Source: a virus
Lineage: Duplodnaviria; Caudoviricetes
Reading direction: 5' to 3' (one strand)
Virus record (IMG/VR): IMGVR_UViG_3300022723_000184
Coordinates: 64,001 to 128,000 of that record
DNA length: 64,000 nt
The notes under the pieces were generated by a model, which was not told the DNA's origin, did no database searches, and saw only the letters and a list, made by a program, of their open reading frames with translations. The position numbers and the translations under genes were made by a program. Below are positions 26,065 through 36,156 of the stretch, in pieces. Each line of letters starts with the position of its first letter. Positions within the stretch are counted from its first letter, which is position 1.

Positions 26065-28809
26065 ATGGCGGATACCCCTCACGTAAGCCAGGGTGAGGCC
26101 GCGGAGCACACGGCAACTCCGGACAAGCGTATCGTCGACCTGGTCGACGGCCTTGAGGAGACCCTGGCCCGCCTCGACCCGAACCTCTCGTTCGCCGCCG
26201 ACCCTTTGCGGGCGGCCTTCGGCGGGCTCCTCGATTTCAACACCAACAACCCCGTCCAGTTTGGGCGGGTTGTTTATTCGGTTCCCTATTGCAACACGTA
26301 CCGCGTGCAGCTTGACCGGCTGTCGGGCGACCGGTGGTGCTGCGCGGCGGCCGACGGTTCACTGCTCCCGATCGGCGTCCGGTCCTCGACCGTGATCCCG
26401 CCGAACAGCCGGGTGATGGTCTGGATCCCTCCGGGCATCAACTGGGGCATCATCCTGGGCACGGTACCCGCCCAGATGTACGATCCGAACCTGGCGGTCC
26501 CCGAGTGGGTCCAGCAGGGCTCTGGCACCGGCATCAACCGGGAGAGCTGCTACACGTTCCCGTTCAAGAACCTGTTCCGCGAGGGCGGGATCATGGACTT
26601 CAGCAACGGCCGTCCCCTCGACGGCACGTCGCTGGACTGGGGACGGTTCGCTGAGACCGGGATCGGGATCCACATCGACCCGTTCCAGGCCTTTCTCCGC
26701 GTCAATGAGGCGTGCGGCCTGTTCCTCAACTACTTCGACAGTTACATGCGTCTGGCCGGGGTGAACCTCGACATCCAGAGCGCGGTGCACGAGCTGAACG
26801 TCCGGGAGGACTCGGGCGAGAACCGACTGTTCAAGGGCGTCGCCGTCTACCCCTGGGAAGCTCTCGGCCTGTTCAAGAACGGCGAGGAGCCCTGGGAGGA
26901 AAAGGACGACAAGGACGTTCAGTTCAAGAAGCACTATGGCAAGGTCGATCTGAAGGACGGCGACGAGGAGCAGCAGTCGTACTACCGGTACCAGGAGTAC
27001 GGTGGCTACCTGGGCCAGGGTTTCCGCCGGCTGCTCATCAGCCCCGCCGACAAGAGCGGCAAGCAGCTGTACTCGGACACGCCGGATTCTGCGGGCCCCG
27101 ACTTCGGTGTGTTCGAGGAGGGCCTTGGCCTCGATGGCTCGTACTGGGTCCGCTCGGCCAAAGGCATCTACATCTCCAAGCGGTGCCTGATCCCGGTGCC
27201 CAAAGAGATCCGGCTGCCCGAGGACCAGAAAGAGGGCGACGACAAGGACAAGGACAACTACAAGTTTTCCGGCACGTTCGGCGGCGGCGACGAGCACAAG
27301 GTCGGCGACATCGAGATCGAGGCCGAGGAAGACGAGAAACACCTGCTCCAGGCGGCCGGCCTGTTCGACGTGCTCGCCTACCACATGAACTGGAAGGGCC
27401 TGCACCCGTTCCATTACCACGGCGAGGACTACAAGACGCCTGAGGAATCGGCACCGGTCGAGGGCGGACCGACGGCGACCCAGGAGAACATTGACTTCAG
27501 CAAGCTGCAGGACGACATGTACCTGGGCTACCCCGAGCCCAAGATGGTCAAGATCGACGAGCGCTACGGCGAGGTCGAGTACTTCGAGCGGGAGGCGGGG
27601 ATCGCCGTGCTCCCCGACGGCAGCCTGGTGTTGTACGACGGCTACGGCTCGCAGATCACGATGACCGGCGGCGTCATTCGCCTCGACACGCCGGGCGACG
27701 TGCAGCTGATGCCGGGGCGCAACATCCTGCTGATGGGTGGCGACGACATCGTGCTCCGGTCCAAGAACAGCGTCGACATCTCGGCCGGTGACAAGGACGT
27801 GCGGATCAAGGCCGAGAGGAACATGCAGCTGCTCGCCGGCAACAGCGGCGAGGGCGGCATGCTCCTGGAGTCCAAGGCCTCTCGCACGGTCTACGACTTC
27901 GACAACAAGGTCGGCGAGGACGTGGTCAGCTCGGGCATCACGCTCAAGGCCGCCAAGTCGACGGTGGCCGCCTGGGCCGGCGACATCTACCTGCGAACCG
28001 GCAAGGAGGGCGACCCGCTGAACACGGGCGAGATTGTCCTCGACGCGTCGAAGGGCGACGCCGACGTCATCCTCAAGGGCCAGAAGGTCGAGGAGTATGT
28101 GAACGTCGGCCACGAGATCTTCATCGGCCCGCAGGATGAGAACTCGAACGTCAACAACTCGTTCGTCTTCGACCTGGGCGGCGCCCTGATCCCGGTGCAG
28201 CTGCGGGTGACCGGGCCGATCATCAACACCAGCGGGATCAGCACGCAGGGCTCGGTCAACTCGTTGGGCTCGTTCAACTCGAACTCGAACCCCGACGTCC
28301 TGCCCCTGGGCCCGGCCGCGGCCATCGTCGCCGCCCAGATTAGCCAGGCCCGCAGCAGCCAGGAGCAGGCCAACACGACCGGGACCCAGGAGCACACCGG
28401 CCTGTTCACCGACGGCTTGTACCAGGACGGCCAGCCGGGCAACGACAAGACGATCGAGCAGGCCTCGTTCAGCTACCGGGACGACGACGAGCAGGCCCAG
28501 TACAACACACAGAACTTCAAGCTCGCCGAGAGCCGCTGGCAGCAGATGGTCCGCCTCAACCTTGGGACGGGTGGCGTCGAGTGGGAGGAGCCCAAGGTCG
28601 AGTACCAGGCCCGCCAGCAGCTGCCGTGGCCCGGCAAGAAGAAGTGGGAGGACGAAGACACGCTGCTCCAGCTCGGGGAGCTGAGCATGTACGATACGTC
28701 CAACGGATACTCGAAGGATCGTGGTGACGACGGCGGCCCTTACCTGGAACCCAAGCTGGGTGAGCTGGAACGTATCGCACCGAAAACAGGTTTCAAGGTG
28801 CTCGGATAG
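26065..28809 (+). CDS. baseplate central spike/hub protein, gp5/VgrG-like (914 aa)
   Basis: N-terminal OB-like GRVV....TYRVQ...PPNSRVMV; beta-helix repeats DVQL.PGRNI.L..GDDIVLRS.NSVDISA..KDVRIKAERNMQLLAG. Confidence 0.65.
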   Translation: MADTPHVSQGEAAEHTATPDKRIVDLVDGLEETLARLDPNLSFAADPLRAAFGGLLDFNTNNPVQFGRVVYSVPYCNTYRVQLDRLSGDRWCCAAADGSLLPIGVRSSTVIPPNSRVMVWIPPGINWGIILGTVPAQMYDPNLAVPEWVQQGSGTGINRESCYTFPFKNLFREGGIMDFSNGRPLDGTSLDWGRFAETGIGIHIDPFQAFLRVNEACGLFLNYFDSYMRLAGVNLDIQSAVHELNVREDSGENRLFKGVAVYPWEALGLFKNGEEPWEEKDDKDVQFKKHYGKVDLKDGDEEQQSYYRYQEYGGYLGQGFRRLLISPADKSGKQLYSDTPDSAGPDFGVFEEGLGLDGSYWVRSAKGIYISKRCLIPVPKEIRLPEDQKEGDDKDKDNYKFSGTFGGGDEHKVGDIEIEAEEDEKHLLQAAGLFDVLAYHMNWKGLHPFHYHGEDYKTPEESAPVEGGPTATQENIDFSKLQDDMYLGYPEPKMVKIDERYGEVEYFEREAGIAVLPDGSLVLYDGYGSQITMTGGVIRLDTPGDVQLMPGRNILLMGGDDIVLRSKNSVDISAGDKDVRIKAERNMQLLAGNSGEGGMLLESKASRTVYDFDNKVGEDVVSSGITLKAAKSTVAAWAGDIYLRTGKEGDPLNTGEIVLDASKGDADVILKGQKVEEYVNVGHEIFIGPQDENSNVNNSFVFDLGGALIPVQLRVTGPIINTSGISTQGSVNSLGSFNSNSNPDVLPLGPAAAIVAAQISQARSSQEQANTTGTQEHTGLFTDGLYQDGQPGNDKTIEQASFSYRDDDEQAQYNTQNFKLAESRWQQMVRLNLGTGGVEWEEPKVEYQARQQLPWPGKKKWEDEDTLLQLGELSMYDTSNGYSKDRGDDGGPYLEPKLGELERIAPKTGFKVLG

Positions 28810-28820
28810 GAAGGAAAGTC

Positions 28821-30014
28821 ATGGCCAAGGAAATCGATCTGACAGGGCTGCGTAAACCGGATGGGGCGATGTCCACGCCTCCCCCGGCCTCCGCGCCGCA
28901 ACGAAACGGACCGCCGCTGGGCGTCGGGGAGGTGGTCAAGGCCATCGACCCGAAGGAACTGACGGCGGGCGAGCGGGCGACGCTCGAATCGGTGGGCTGG
29001 AAGGAAGGCGAGCCGGTGCCCGACAACATGCCCGAGATCCTCGCGGCTCAGGCCGAGGCCAAGGCCTCGGTCGGTGGGCCGCTGCCGCCCCCGGTCGACC
29101 CCAGCACGCCGCCCGTGAAGTTGCAGGTGCAAGACATCAGTGAGCTTCCGGCCGACAAGCAGGACGAGGTCCGGCAGAAGATGGCCGAGGCCCTGGGCCA
29201 GGCCGAGGCGGTCAAACAGGACGAGCAGCAAGCGGCCAGGGCCGCGGCCATGCCCGATGTGGCCAGGAAGATGGTCAGCGCCGCGATGAACCCCAAGGAC
29301 ACGGGGCCGGCCGAGCAAGTGGATCGCCCCGCGACCCGGACGGTGCCCGACGCCGATTACACGCCGGACCAGGGCAGCGTGGAGCGGGCCGAGCAGATCG
29401 AAGAGCAGCTGCCCAAGCCGCAGGCCGGCCCGGCCTACTGCCCCCATTGCAACTGGGACATGAGCCGCAAGGACATCGAGCCGCCGGGTGAGGCCGATCG
29501 GGCAAGCTTCTTGCAGGCGCTGCTCGGCATGAAGCCGTACACCAAGAAGGTCCCGCTCATGGGCGGGGCGTTCAGCGTCTCATTCCGGACCCTGACCACT
29601 GCGGAGTCCGACGCCGCGTTCAGCCAGGCGATGGCCGACCGCGACGCCCACGAGTTCATCAGCGAACTGGACTTCTGGGAGAAGGTCAACCGGTACCGGA
29701 TGTACCTGCAGATCTTCGAGATCGACCGGGAGGGTCGGCAGAAGATCGAGCTGCCCGACGGCCTGGACAAGGAGACCAATCCGAACTCCGCGGCCCACTG
29801 GAAGCTGCCGGAGGGCGTGGCCCCGCTCAAGGCGATCGAGCAGTACGTTTTGACCAACGTGCTGCCCAACGAGTCGGTGGCCAGGATCGTGCAGGTCGAA
29901 CTCAACCGGTTCAACCAGCAGGTATCTAAAATGGAGGCGATGGTAGACGACACGGATTTTTGGAAAGCGACCGGACAGCAGTCTTCCTCGTCGAAGCCCA
30001 CGTCAGGGGCCTGA
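28821..30014 (+). CDS. tail assembly chaperone (gpG-like, 397 aa)
   Basis: Precedes tape measure; FSVSFRTLT.AE.D motif; overlaps a -1 frame ORF at a slippery heptamer. Confidence 0.6.
   Translation: MAKEIDLTGLRKPDGAMSTPPPASAPQRNGPPLGVGEVVKAIDPKELTAGERATLESVGWKEGEPVPDNMPEILAAQAEAKASVGGPLPPPVDPSTPPVKLQVQDISELPADKQDEVRQKMAEALGQAEAVKQDEQQAARAAAMPDVARKMVSAAMNPKDTGPAEQVDRPATRTVPDADYTPDQGSVERAEQIEEQLPKPQAGPAYCPHCNWDMSRKDIEPPGEADRASFLQALLGMKPYTKKVPLMGGAFSVSFRTLTTAESDAAFSQAMADRDAHEFISELDFWEKVNRYRMYLQIFEIDREGRQKIELPDGLDKETNPNSAAHWKLPEGVAPLKAIEQYVLTNVLPNESVARIVQVELNRFNQQVSKMEAMVDDTDFWKATGQQSSSSKPTSGA
29954..29960 (+). promoter_or_regulatory. candidate -1 ribosomal frameshift heptamer G GAT TTT
   Basis: In frame with 28821-30014; the -1 frame is open from 29930 (TAA at 29927) to 30466. 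Confidence 0.65.
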
Positions 30015-30466
30015 TCGACTTCAGGGAAGCCCGGCTGAACGATCCCGCCTGGTGGCGGAGACTCCGGGCCGTCTTCAAGACGATGGCCCGGGAGAAAGAC
30101 CGGGAGATCTTCAAGGCAGTTTACGATCTGCAGCTTGCCTTGGTCGCGAACGGGAGTCTGACGGAAGAGAGCTTTGACGCGTCACAGGAGCGTGCGAATG
30201 AACTGAAGACCGACCTGATCAGCACCCACCGGCCATGGGAAGGCAAAAGCTATCAGGAGCGACAAAAGAAGCAGTTCAAGGACTGGCGTCAGCGGTACAT
30301 CGACGCGTTCGGCGTCGATCCCACGGACGAGAAGTTCAAGGAATGGGAGGCGAGCCAGATCGCCAAGATCGAATCAGGCGAGTTGTTCCAGGAGACCGAG
30401 TCGGACGAAGAACGAGTCACCCGCTTGCTGCGTGAGCGGGACGAGAAACAGAGGCAAGGACGCTGA
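29960..30466 (+). CDS. gpT-like extension of the tail assembly chaperone (probably made by -1 frameshift)
   Basis: TTG start with no adjacent RBS, begins at the slippery site, ends overlapping the tape measure ATG. Confidence 0.6.
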   Translation: MESDRTAVFLVEAHVRGLIDFREARLNDPAWWRRLRAVFKTMAREKDREIFKAVYDLQLALVANGSLTEESFDASQERANELKTDLISTHRPWEGKSYQERQKKQFKDWRQRYIDAFGVDPTDEKFKEWEASQIAKIESGELFQETESDEERVTRLLRERDEKQRQGR

Positions 30467-33036
30467 TGACTCAATTTGGGTCGCTCAATCCGTACACGAT
30501 GATGAACCCTGGCATGGCCGTGGGCCCGCACACCGGGTTCGAGGGCATGCCGGGGTCGAACAATTTCATCGGCAACCTCCTCTACGGCCGGCTGGCGCAG
30601 CACATGCAGGCGTCGGGCTTCCAGCCCATGGGGCTCAACCAGCAGAACCTGCTGGACCAGGCCCGCAACGCCCAATTCATGCAGATGCACCAGACGATGA
30701 TGCAGCGAGCGGCAATGCAGGATCAGGAGAACACGATCCGCACTATGCAGGGCCTTGCCCGGGCCGCGGGCGCCACTTTCGGCTCTGAGCAGCGCGAGGC
30801 GACCATGGCCATGCTCAACCGGATCATGCCCCACATCGGTGGGCTCGCCGCGGACCCCAACATCGCTAACGCCCTGGAGCTGCTGGGCGGCCCACGGGGC
30901 TCCCAGGCGGTCATGGCCCACCGCGTGATCATGGGCAGCCGGTTCCGGTTCGACCCGGCCACCGGTCGTCTGGGGCAGGGCCCCGAGGCGATCGGGGCGA
31001 CGATCGAGGCCATGGGCGACCTGGTGAACCGGGACGACATCGCCGGCCTCCGCGGCTTCACCGCGGGGCAGGTCGGCAGCATGCAGCAATTCCTGTTGAG
31101 CCGGGGACTTCTGTCTTCAGGCACGGGCCGGGGCGGCGACATCGCGGCCCTGAATGCTTTGAACGACGGGGAGAGCGCCGTTGGACGCTGGCTGGACCGC
31201 CGGGGGATCGGGGCGGGGACCGACATCGCCACGCTCCGCCAGAGCACGGTCGACGAGATGCTGTCCGACCGCGAGATCGGATCGCTGGTCAGGGACGCTC
31301 CAGAGGCCCAGGGAGCCCGCAGGCGGTTCGACGCCCGCCGGGTGGCTGAACGGACCAGGGAGTTCCTGGGGGCAGCCAGGGCCATCGGAGACCTGTTCGG
31401 ACGGCCCGACGCGCTGATCCCTGAGCTGATGGCGACGTTGGAACAGTTCGTGGGGCCCACGGCCATGGCCCAGTTGAGCCCGACCCGGGTCGCTCAGATG
31501 GTCAGGGAGACGGCCGAGATGTCCCGGATGGCCGGGATGACGCCGCAGGCCGTGCTCGGTATGAGGCAGCACATCGCCAACCAGGCGATGGCCATGGGCG
31601 TAGAGCCGATCTTCAACCAGGGCATCCTCCGGGACACCATGGCTTTCTCCGCGGCCTTTACCGGCGTGGGCTTCACCCCGGGCTTCGGCCGGATGAGTGC
31701 TGACCAAGCCCGTCAGGCCTTCACCAACCAGCGGACGGCGGGTGTCGCCTCGGCGGCCTCCAACCGATTGTCGGCCTTTCTCCGGCTCCGCGCCGCTTCG
31801 GGTGGGCAGTTCGCCGACCCCGAAGCCGAGCGGATGGCCCAGGACATCCAGGCCGGCCGCCTCGACCGGATCCCGACCGTGGGCGAGCTGCACCGGCTGG
31901 TCACCCAGTCCGGACATGACGGCGCCACGTTCAACCGGCTGCTGGGGCAGACCGGGGCCAACCGCGAGTTCGGGATGGACGAGGGCCTACGGGCATCGAT
32001 GGACCGGCTCCAGGTGGTCGAGGCCCAGCAGGCGGTCGGGATCTTCGCGGGCAACGAGGTGACCAGGGCCCTGCGCCTCAGTGATCTGGATCCACGTCGC
32101 CGCGCCGGCATGGGGTCACGGATCATACAGGCGCTGTCCGAGATGGACGAGCAGGATCGCACGGACCAGACCAAGCGGAACCAGGTGATCCAGCAGACGA
32201 TCCACGCCGAGATGGATCGGTTGGGTGTCGACAAGAACGATCCCCGCCGTTCCCGTGTGATCGGGGCCGTCGCCGAGAGCGTGTTCGGCGAGCTGACCCG
32301 GGGCGTCAGGTCCTCGCAGATCCTGGGCATCGACAACATCGAGGCCCTGCTCCAGATGTCGGACCCGCAGATACGTGAGGCCATGCGACGCGTGCAGTTA
32401 GAGTCGATCGCCGGCTCCCGGGTCCGTGGCGCCCTGGAAGGTCTGGGACGCGGCAGCTTTGCTCAGCGATTCATCGGGGCGATCCAGGAGTCGCCCACCG
32501 CTCAGCTCGACGACATCCTGTTCGGGACGCTGGGCGTGCCGAAGGACAAGGTCAGCAAGGCCCTTCGCTCATCGCTCAGCGACCTGCAGGGGCAAGCAGC
32601 CGAACTCAAAGACCTGGAGAAGCAGGTGCTGGAGGAGAACGACCCAGCCCGCCGAGACACGATCCGCGAGGATATCCGCGTCAAGCGGGCGGTCATCAGC
32701 TCGACGATCAACAAGGTCCGGGAGATCGTCGATTCCGAGGGCGGGTTCAAGAAACTGGACGAGGCCGCGGTCAAGGCCAGGGAGGCCAATGAGGCCGAGC
32801 AACAGAAGCTCAAGGAACAGACCGATAAAGTGAGCAAAGGGACGCAGACCGGTGTCCGCGATACCACGGCGGACTTGGACAAGGCCGAGAAGGCCAAGAA
32901 GGAGACGGGCTCGGCCGCCGCCGCGGCGATCGAGTGGCCGGACCGGTTGGCGGTCGAAGGGACCATCGAGATCCCAAATCTCGGCAAGGGCAAGATGCAA
33001 GGGTTCCTGCTGGGCAAGAACCAGGTGCCGGCCTAG
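30466..33036 (+). CDS. tape measure protein (856 aa)
   Basis: Long helical A/G/Q/M/R-rich ORF after the chaperone pair and before baseplate genes. Confidence 0.75.
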   Translation: MTQFGSLNPYTMMNPGMAVGPHTGFEGMPGSNNFIGNLLYGRLAQHMQASGFQPMGLNQQNLLDQARNAQFMQMHQTMMQRAAMQDQENTIRTMQGLARAAGATFGSEQREATMAMLNRIMPHIGGLAADPNIANALELLGGPRGSQAVMAHRVIMGSRFRFDPATGRLGQGPEAIGATIEAMGDLVNRDDIAGLRGFTAGQVGSMQQFLLSRGLLSSGTGRGGDIAALNALNDGESAVGRWLDRRGIGAGTDIATLRQSTVDEMLSDREIGSLVRDAPEAQGARRRFDARRVAERTREFLGAARAIGDLFGRPDALIPELMATLEQFVGPTAMAQLSPTRVAQMVRETAEMSRMAGMTPQAVLGMRQHIANQAMAMGVEPIFNQGILRDTMAFSAAFTGVGFTPGFGRMSADQARQAFTNQRTAGVASAASNRLSAFLRLRAASGGQFADPEAERMAQDIQAGRLDRIPTVGELHRLVTQSGHDGATFNRLLGQTGANREFGMDEGLRASMDRLQVVEAQQAVGIFAGNEVTRALRLSDLDPRRRAGMGSRIIQALSEMDEQDRTDQTKRNQVIQQTIHAEMDRLGVDKNDPRRSRVIGAVAESVFGELTRGVRSSQILGIDNIEALLQMSDPQIREAMRRVQLESIAGSRVRGALEGLGRGSFAQRFIGAIQESPTAQLDDILFGTLGVPKDKVSKALRSSLSDLQGQAAELKDLEKQVLEENDPARRDTIREDIRVKRAVISSTINKVREIVDSEGGFKKLDEAAVKAREANEAEQQKLKEQTDKVSKGTQTGVRDTTADLDKAEKAKKETGSAAAAAIEWPDRLAVEGTIEIPNLGKGKMQGFLLGKNQVPA

Positions 33037-33045
33037 GAGACGTAG

Positions 33046-33660
33046 ATGCCTGTCATTTTCCAAGGACAACCTGGCCGGGTGCTTGCGATCAAGGATCCCG
33101 CGGTCCCCTCGGAGATCCGACCGCTCGTACAGCCGGATCCCTCGATCGACATCCAAAGCGAGAAGTCAATCATCACCAACGTGGCGATCAACCAGCAGAC
33201 CAACCACCAGTTCTTGCACACGCTGGGCAACGACATCTACGTCTACGTGTTCGGCGACCGCATTGGCCAGATCAACATCATGGGCTTCTCGTTCATGGAG
33301 ACCTGCGGCGGCAGTGGCGGCGGTAACGGCCAGCACGGCCTGGAGCTGATGCTCAACTGGTACAAGCGGAACAAGCTCTCGTCCCGAAAGGAGCCGGTGA
33401 AGGTGGCGATCGGCGCCGTGACCTTCACCGCGTTCGTCACTGGCATCCAGACGCAGGTCCAGGACCCCAAGCTGTTCCTCACCTCGTTTAACGTGTCCAT
33501 GGCCTTGATCCCGGAGAAGAACGACGAGGGTGGAGGTGATCCGTCAGGTGGCGCCGGCACCATACCGGTTGGCGCCGCGCTGTCCGGCGGTCTGGGTACG
33601 GCAGGCACCCAGTTGTTTGAGACCGGGGGCATCTCCGGGGCAGGTACGGCAGTCGTATGA
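33046..33660 (+). CDS. tube-initiator-like baseplate protein (204 aa)
   Basis: Tube-like beta pattern N.QFLHTLGNDIYVYVFGDR.G.I.I.G; follows tape measure. Confidence 0.5.
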   Translation: MPVIFQGQPGRVLAIKDPAVPSEIRPLVQPDPSIDIQSEKSIITNVAINQQTNHQFLHTLGNDIYVYVFGDRIGQINIMGFSFMETCGGSGGGNGQHGLELMLNWYKRNKLSSRKEPVKVAIGAVTFTAFVTGIQTQVQDPKLFLTSFNVSMALIPEKNDEGGGDPSGGAGTIPVGAALSGGLGTAGTQLFETGGISGAGTAVV

Positions 33661-34460
33661 TCAACCACGTACGAACACTCCTGTTGAACGTCGACGGGTC
33701 GAACAACCCGGGCCCCACCTTCTTCGGCGAGGAGTACGTCCCGCCGGAGTTCAAGGCCGTGGACTACCCGTCGTTCATCGTCGACATCCGAGAGAAGCTG
33801 TTCGGGGCAGAACCCGACCGGGCGATGCTCAACTACCGCCTGTGGCAGTTCATGCAGGTACTGCACTCGACCGATGACCTGTCCCAACACGTCGAGGACT
33901 TCGACCCCCGCGTGACTTACGTCGACAGCAAGCGGATTGACCTCTACAACCCGGTGTCGTTCGAGCCGGTGGTCGACCAGATCTCCGGCGTGACCGCGGA
34001 GCTGTTCCCGCAGCAGGGGCCGGCAGTGCCCGATCAGAACGGCCGCGTGCGTCACCAGTACGAAGTTGACATTCTCAGCAGCTCCACGGTCCGCGTGAAG
34101 CAAGAGACGCAGCCCATTCGGCAGGAGATCGTCAGCTACACGTTCGCCGACGGTCTGAGCAGCCGCATCAACCTGCTCGACAGCGGGTGGGGCGTGTTGC
34201 TGGGTACGGACAGCGCGGGCACCTCGTGGAAGGTCGAGGTCCGCAACCGACCGCAGTACGACCTGGGCCAGCTCGTTGCGAGCGTGGCGGCCGTCGGTGA
34301 GCCGGTGTTCTTGGAACTATTCGGCCTGGCTCCCGAGGAGCCGATGCTGACCTTCAAGAACCTGTGGGAAACGAACAAGGAAACCCCGTACCGCCTGGGT
34401 GGCTTGCTGCTTGCACTGGCCCGGCGGTCCGATGAAGCACGGAGACAGGTGGTTGGCTAA
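33657..34460 (+). CDS. hypothetical baseplate protein (267 aa)
   Basis: ATGA coupling, clean ORF in the baseplate cluster. Confidence 0.55.
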   Translation: MINHVRTLLLNVDGSNNPGPTFFGEEYVPPEFKAVDYPSFIVDIREKLFGAEPDRAMLNYRLWQFMQVLHSTDDLSQHVEDFDPRVTYVDSKRIDLYNPVSFEPVVDQISGVTAELFPQQGPAVPDQNGRVRHQYEVDILSSSTVRVKQETQPIRQEIVSYTFADGLSSRINLLDSGWGVLLGTDSAGTSWKVEVRNRPQYDLGQLVASVAAVGEPVFLELFGLAPEEPMLTFKNLWETNKETPYRLGGLLLALARRSDEARRQVVG

Positions 34461-36156
34461 GGCCAAGAATTACATCTACACCGACCTGTCCGAGGACGAC
34501 GTCCTCGAAGTGGAGATTGACGGCCAGACGTACAAGGCCGTCAATTTCACGATGTCGTTTGCGCTCAACTCGATCCCCCAGGCCGCGGCCACCCTGGCCA
34601 TCGGCCGGGAAGCTCTGTCTGGCGAGCCGGCGAAGATCGCGGAGACGGCGGCCGAACTGACTTCGATGAAGCCAGTGAAGGTCACGTTCAACGCCGGCGG
34701 CGAGTGGGACTCCGAAGGCACCAAGTGGCCCGGCAAGCAAACGATCTTCGAGGGCTACTTCACCGGGTTTTCGTACAAGAAGCTCTATGGCAAGGTCCAG
34801 GTCGTGGCCAACTTCATCCATTGGCTCGTGGACCTGGGCTTCAGCTCCTGCCTCAACTCTCAGATGCACGTGGGCAACCCGGGCGTCATGCTGGGGCCGG
34901 CCGTCATGTCAGTGCAAATTAACTCGGCGGGCGGCGCAGGTGCCAGTGACAAGAACAGCGCCCTGGTCGCCAACCACATCGGTTACGACCTGATCGCCAA
35001 CAACGTCGAGTCCGATTGGTGGAAGACGATCAAAAGCTATCTGTGTGCACTGGCCGGGGTCTCCGGGTTGGCGACCAGCGCCACTGCTACGTGCGAGGGG
35101 ACCGGCGACATCACGGCGAACGACCGGGCGCTCAGAGCCCTGTCCCGGATTGAGGGAGAGGACCTGGCCGGCGAGTGCTCTCGCGACTACGAGTTCGGCA
35201 AGGCCCTGCCCCTCGAAAGCCGAGGCCAGCGGCAGGTGCCCGATGCCGTGGCGAAGTCTGTGGCCAACTCGTACATGCAGTCCTACTTCAACCAGACGTT
35301 CTGGGACCTGCTGGTTAAGGACCTGCTGCCGAGCTTTGGTGCTGCGGTCATGCCCCTGGTCGACCGGGCGGTGGTCATCGCCGACCTCCCGACCTGGCAG
35401 GGCGTCAGCAACCAGCCCTGGAAAGAGATTGGCCCCGACGAATACGTGGCGATGGAGCAGGACTCGAAGATCCCACAGCCGTTGCGGGGAATCGGCATCT
35501 ACGCTCCGGTCGCCGGTGAGACGAACGTCCAGTCAGTGTCCGGCCCTTACAAGCCGCAACTCGGCGGCTGCTACGTGTCGGACGCCGAGGAGGACTCGGA
35601 CGGCACACTCAAGTACGTGACCGCGCCCCGTTGGTTGTTGGGGGTCCCGTCCGAAGGCCTGTACGCCGGCGCCATGACCGGGAACAAAGAAGAGAAGTCG
35701 ATCAAGTCGGCGACCCACGGCCAAGAGGACAAGATCGACACCCCCGAAGACCCTAGCCCGGTGGATACGTTCGAGACGGTCAACGAGCTGATGGTGCGGT
35801 ACGCCCACTGGCTTTTCACGATGGAATCACTTCGTGGCCGGAGCGCCATCTTCTCTGGTAGACTGAGGTTCGACATCGCCCCGGGGTCCCACCTGAAGAT
35901 CGTGGGCTCACCGGAGCAGTTCCTGGAGACCGACGCCCTGGCCTCCGACGTCTACGGCATGGTCCGTGCGGTCACGATCGGGATCGACATCGAGGCGAGG
36001 GCGGCGGTTACCTCATACGTGCTGTCACACAATCGAAACGAGGCAGAGAACGAGGCCGAGCGGACGAGTATCGAGGAACATCCACTGTTCGGGTCAGCGA
36101 TCGTCAACGGGGCGCCGCTGGTCAAGGCCTTGGACCTGGGGAGCGAAGATGCCTGA
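34453..36156 (+). CDS. baseplate hub-like (gp27/gpD-like) protein (567 aa, TTG start)
   Basis: GGAG RBS 8 nt before TTG; FALNSIPQA...LAIG, IFEGYFTG and C-terminal GRLRFDIAPGS..KI motifs of hub proteins. Confidence 0.55.
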   Translation: MAKAKNYIYTDLSEDDVLEVEIDGQTYKAVNFTMSFALNSIPQAAATLAIGREALSGEPAKIAETAAELTSMKPVKVTFNAGGEWDSEGTKWPGKQTIFEGYFTGFSYKKLYGKVQVVANFIHWLVDLGFSSCLNSQMHVGNPGVMLGPAVMSVQINSAGGAGASDKNSALVANHIGYDLIANNVESDWWKTIKSYLCALAGVSGLATSATATCEGTGDITANDRALRALSRIEGEDLAGECSRDYEFGKALPLESRGQRQVPDAVAKSVANSYMQSYFNQTFWDLLVKDLLPSFGAAVMPLVDRAVVIADLPTWQGVSNQPWKEIGPDEYVAMEQDSKIPQPLRGIGIYAPVAGETNVQSVSGPYKPQLGGCYVSDAEEDSDGTLKYVTAPRWLLGVPSEGLYAGAMTGNKEEKSIKSATHGQEDKIDTPEDPSPVDTFETVNELMVRYAHWLFTMESLRGRSAIFSGRLRFDIAPGSHLKIVGSPEQFLETDALASDVYGMVRAVTIGIDIEARAAVTSYVLSHNRNEAENEAERTSIEEHPLFGSAIVNGAPLVKALDLGSEDA

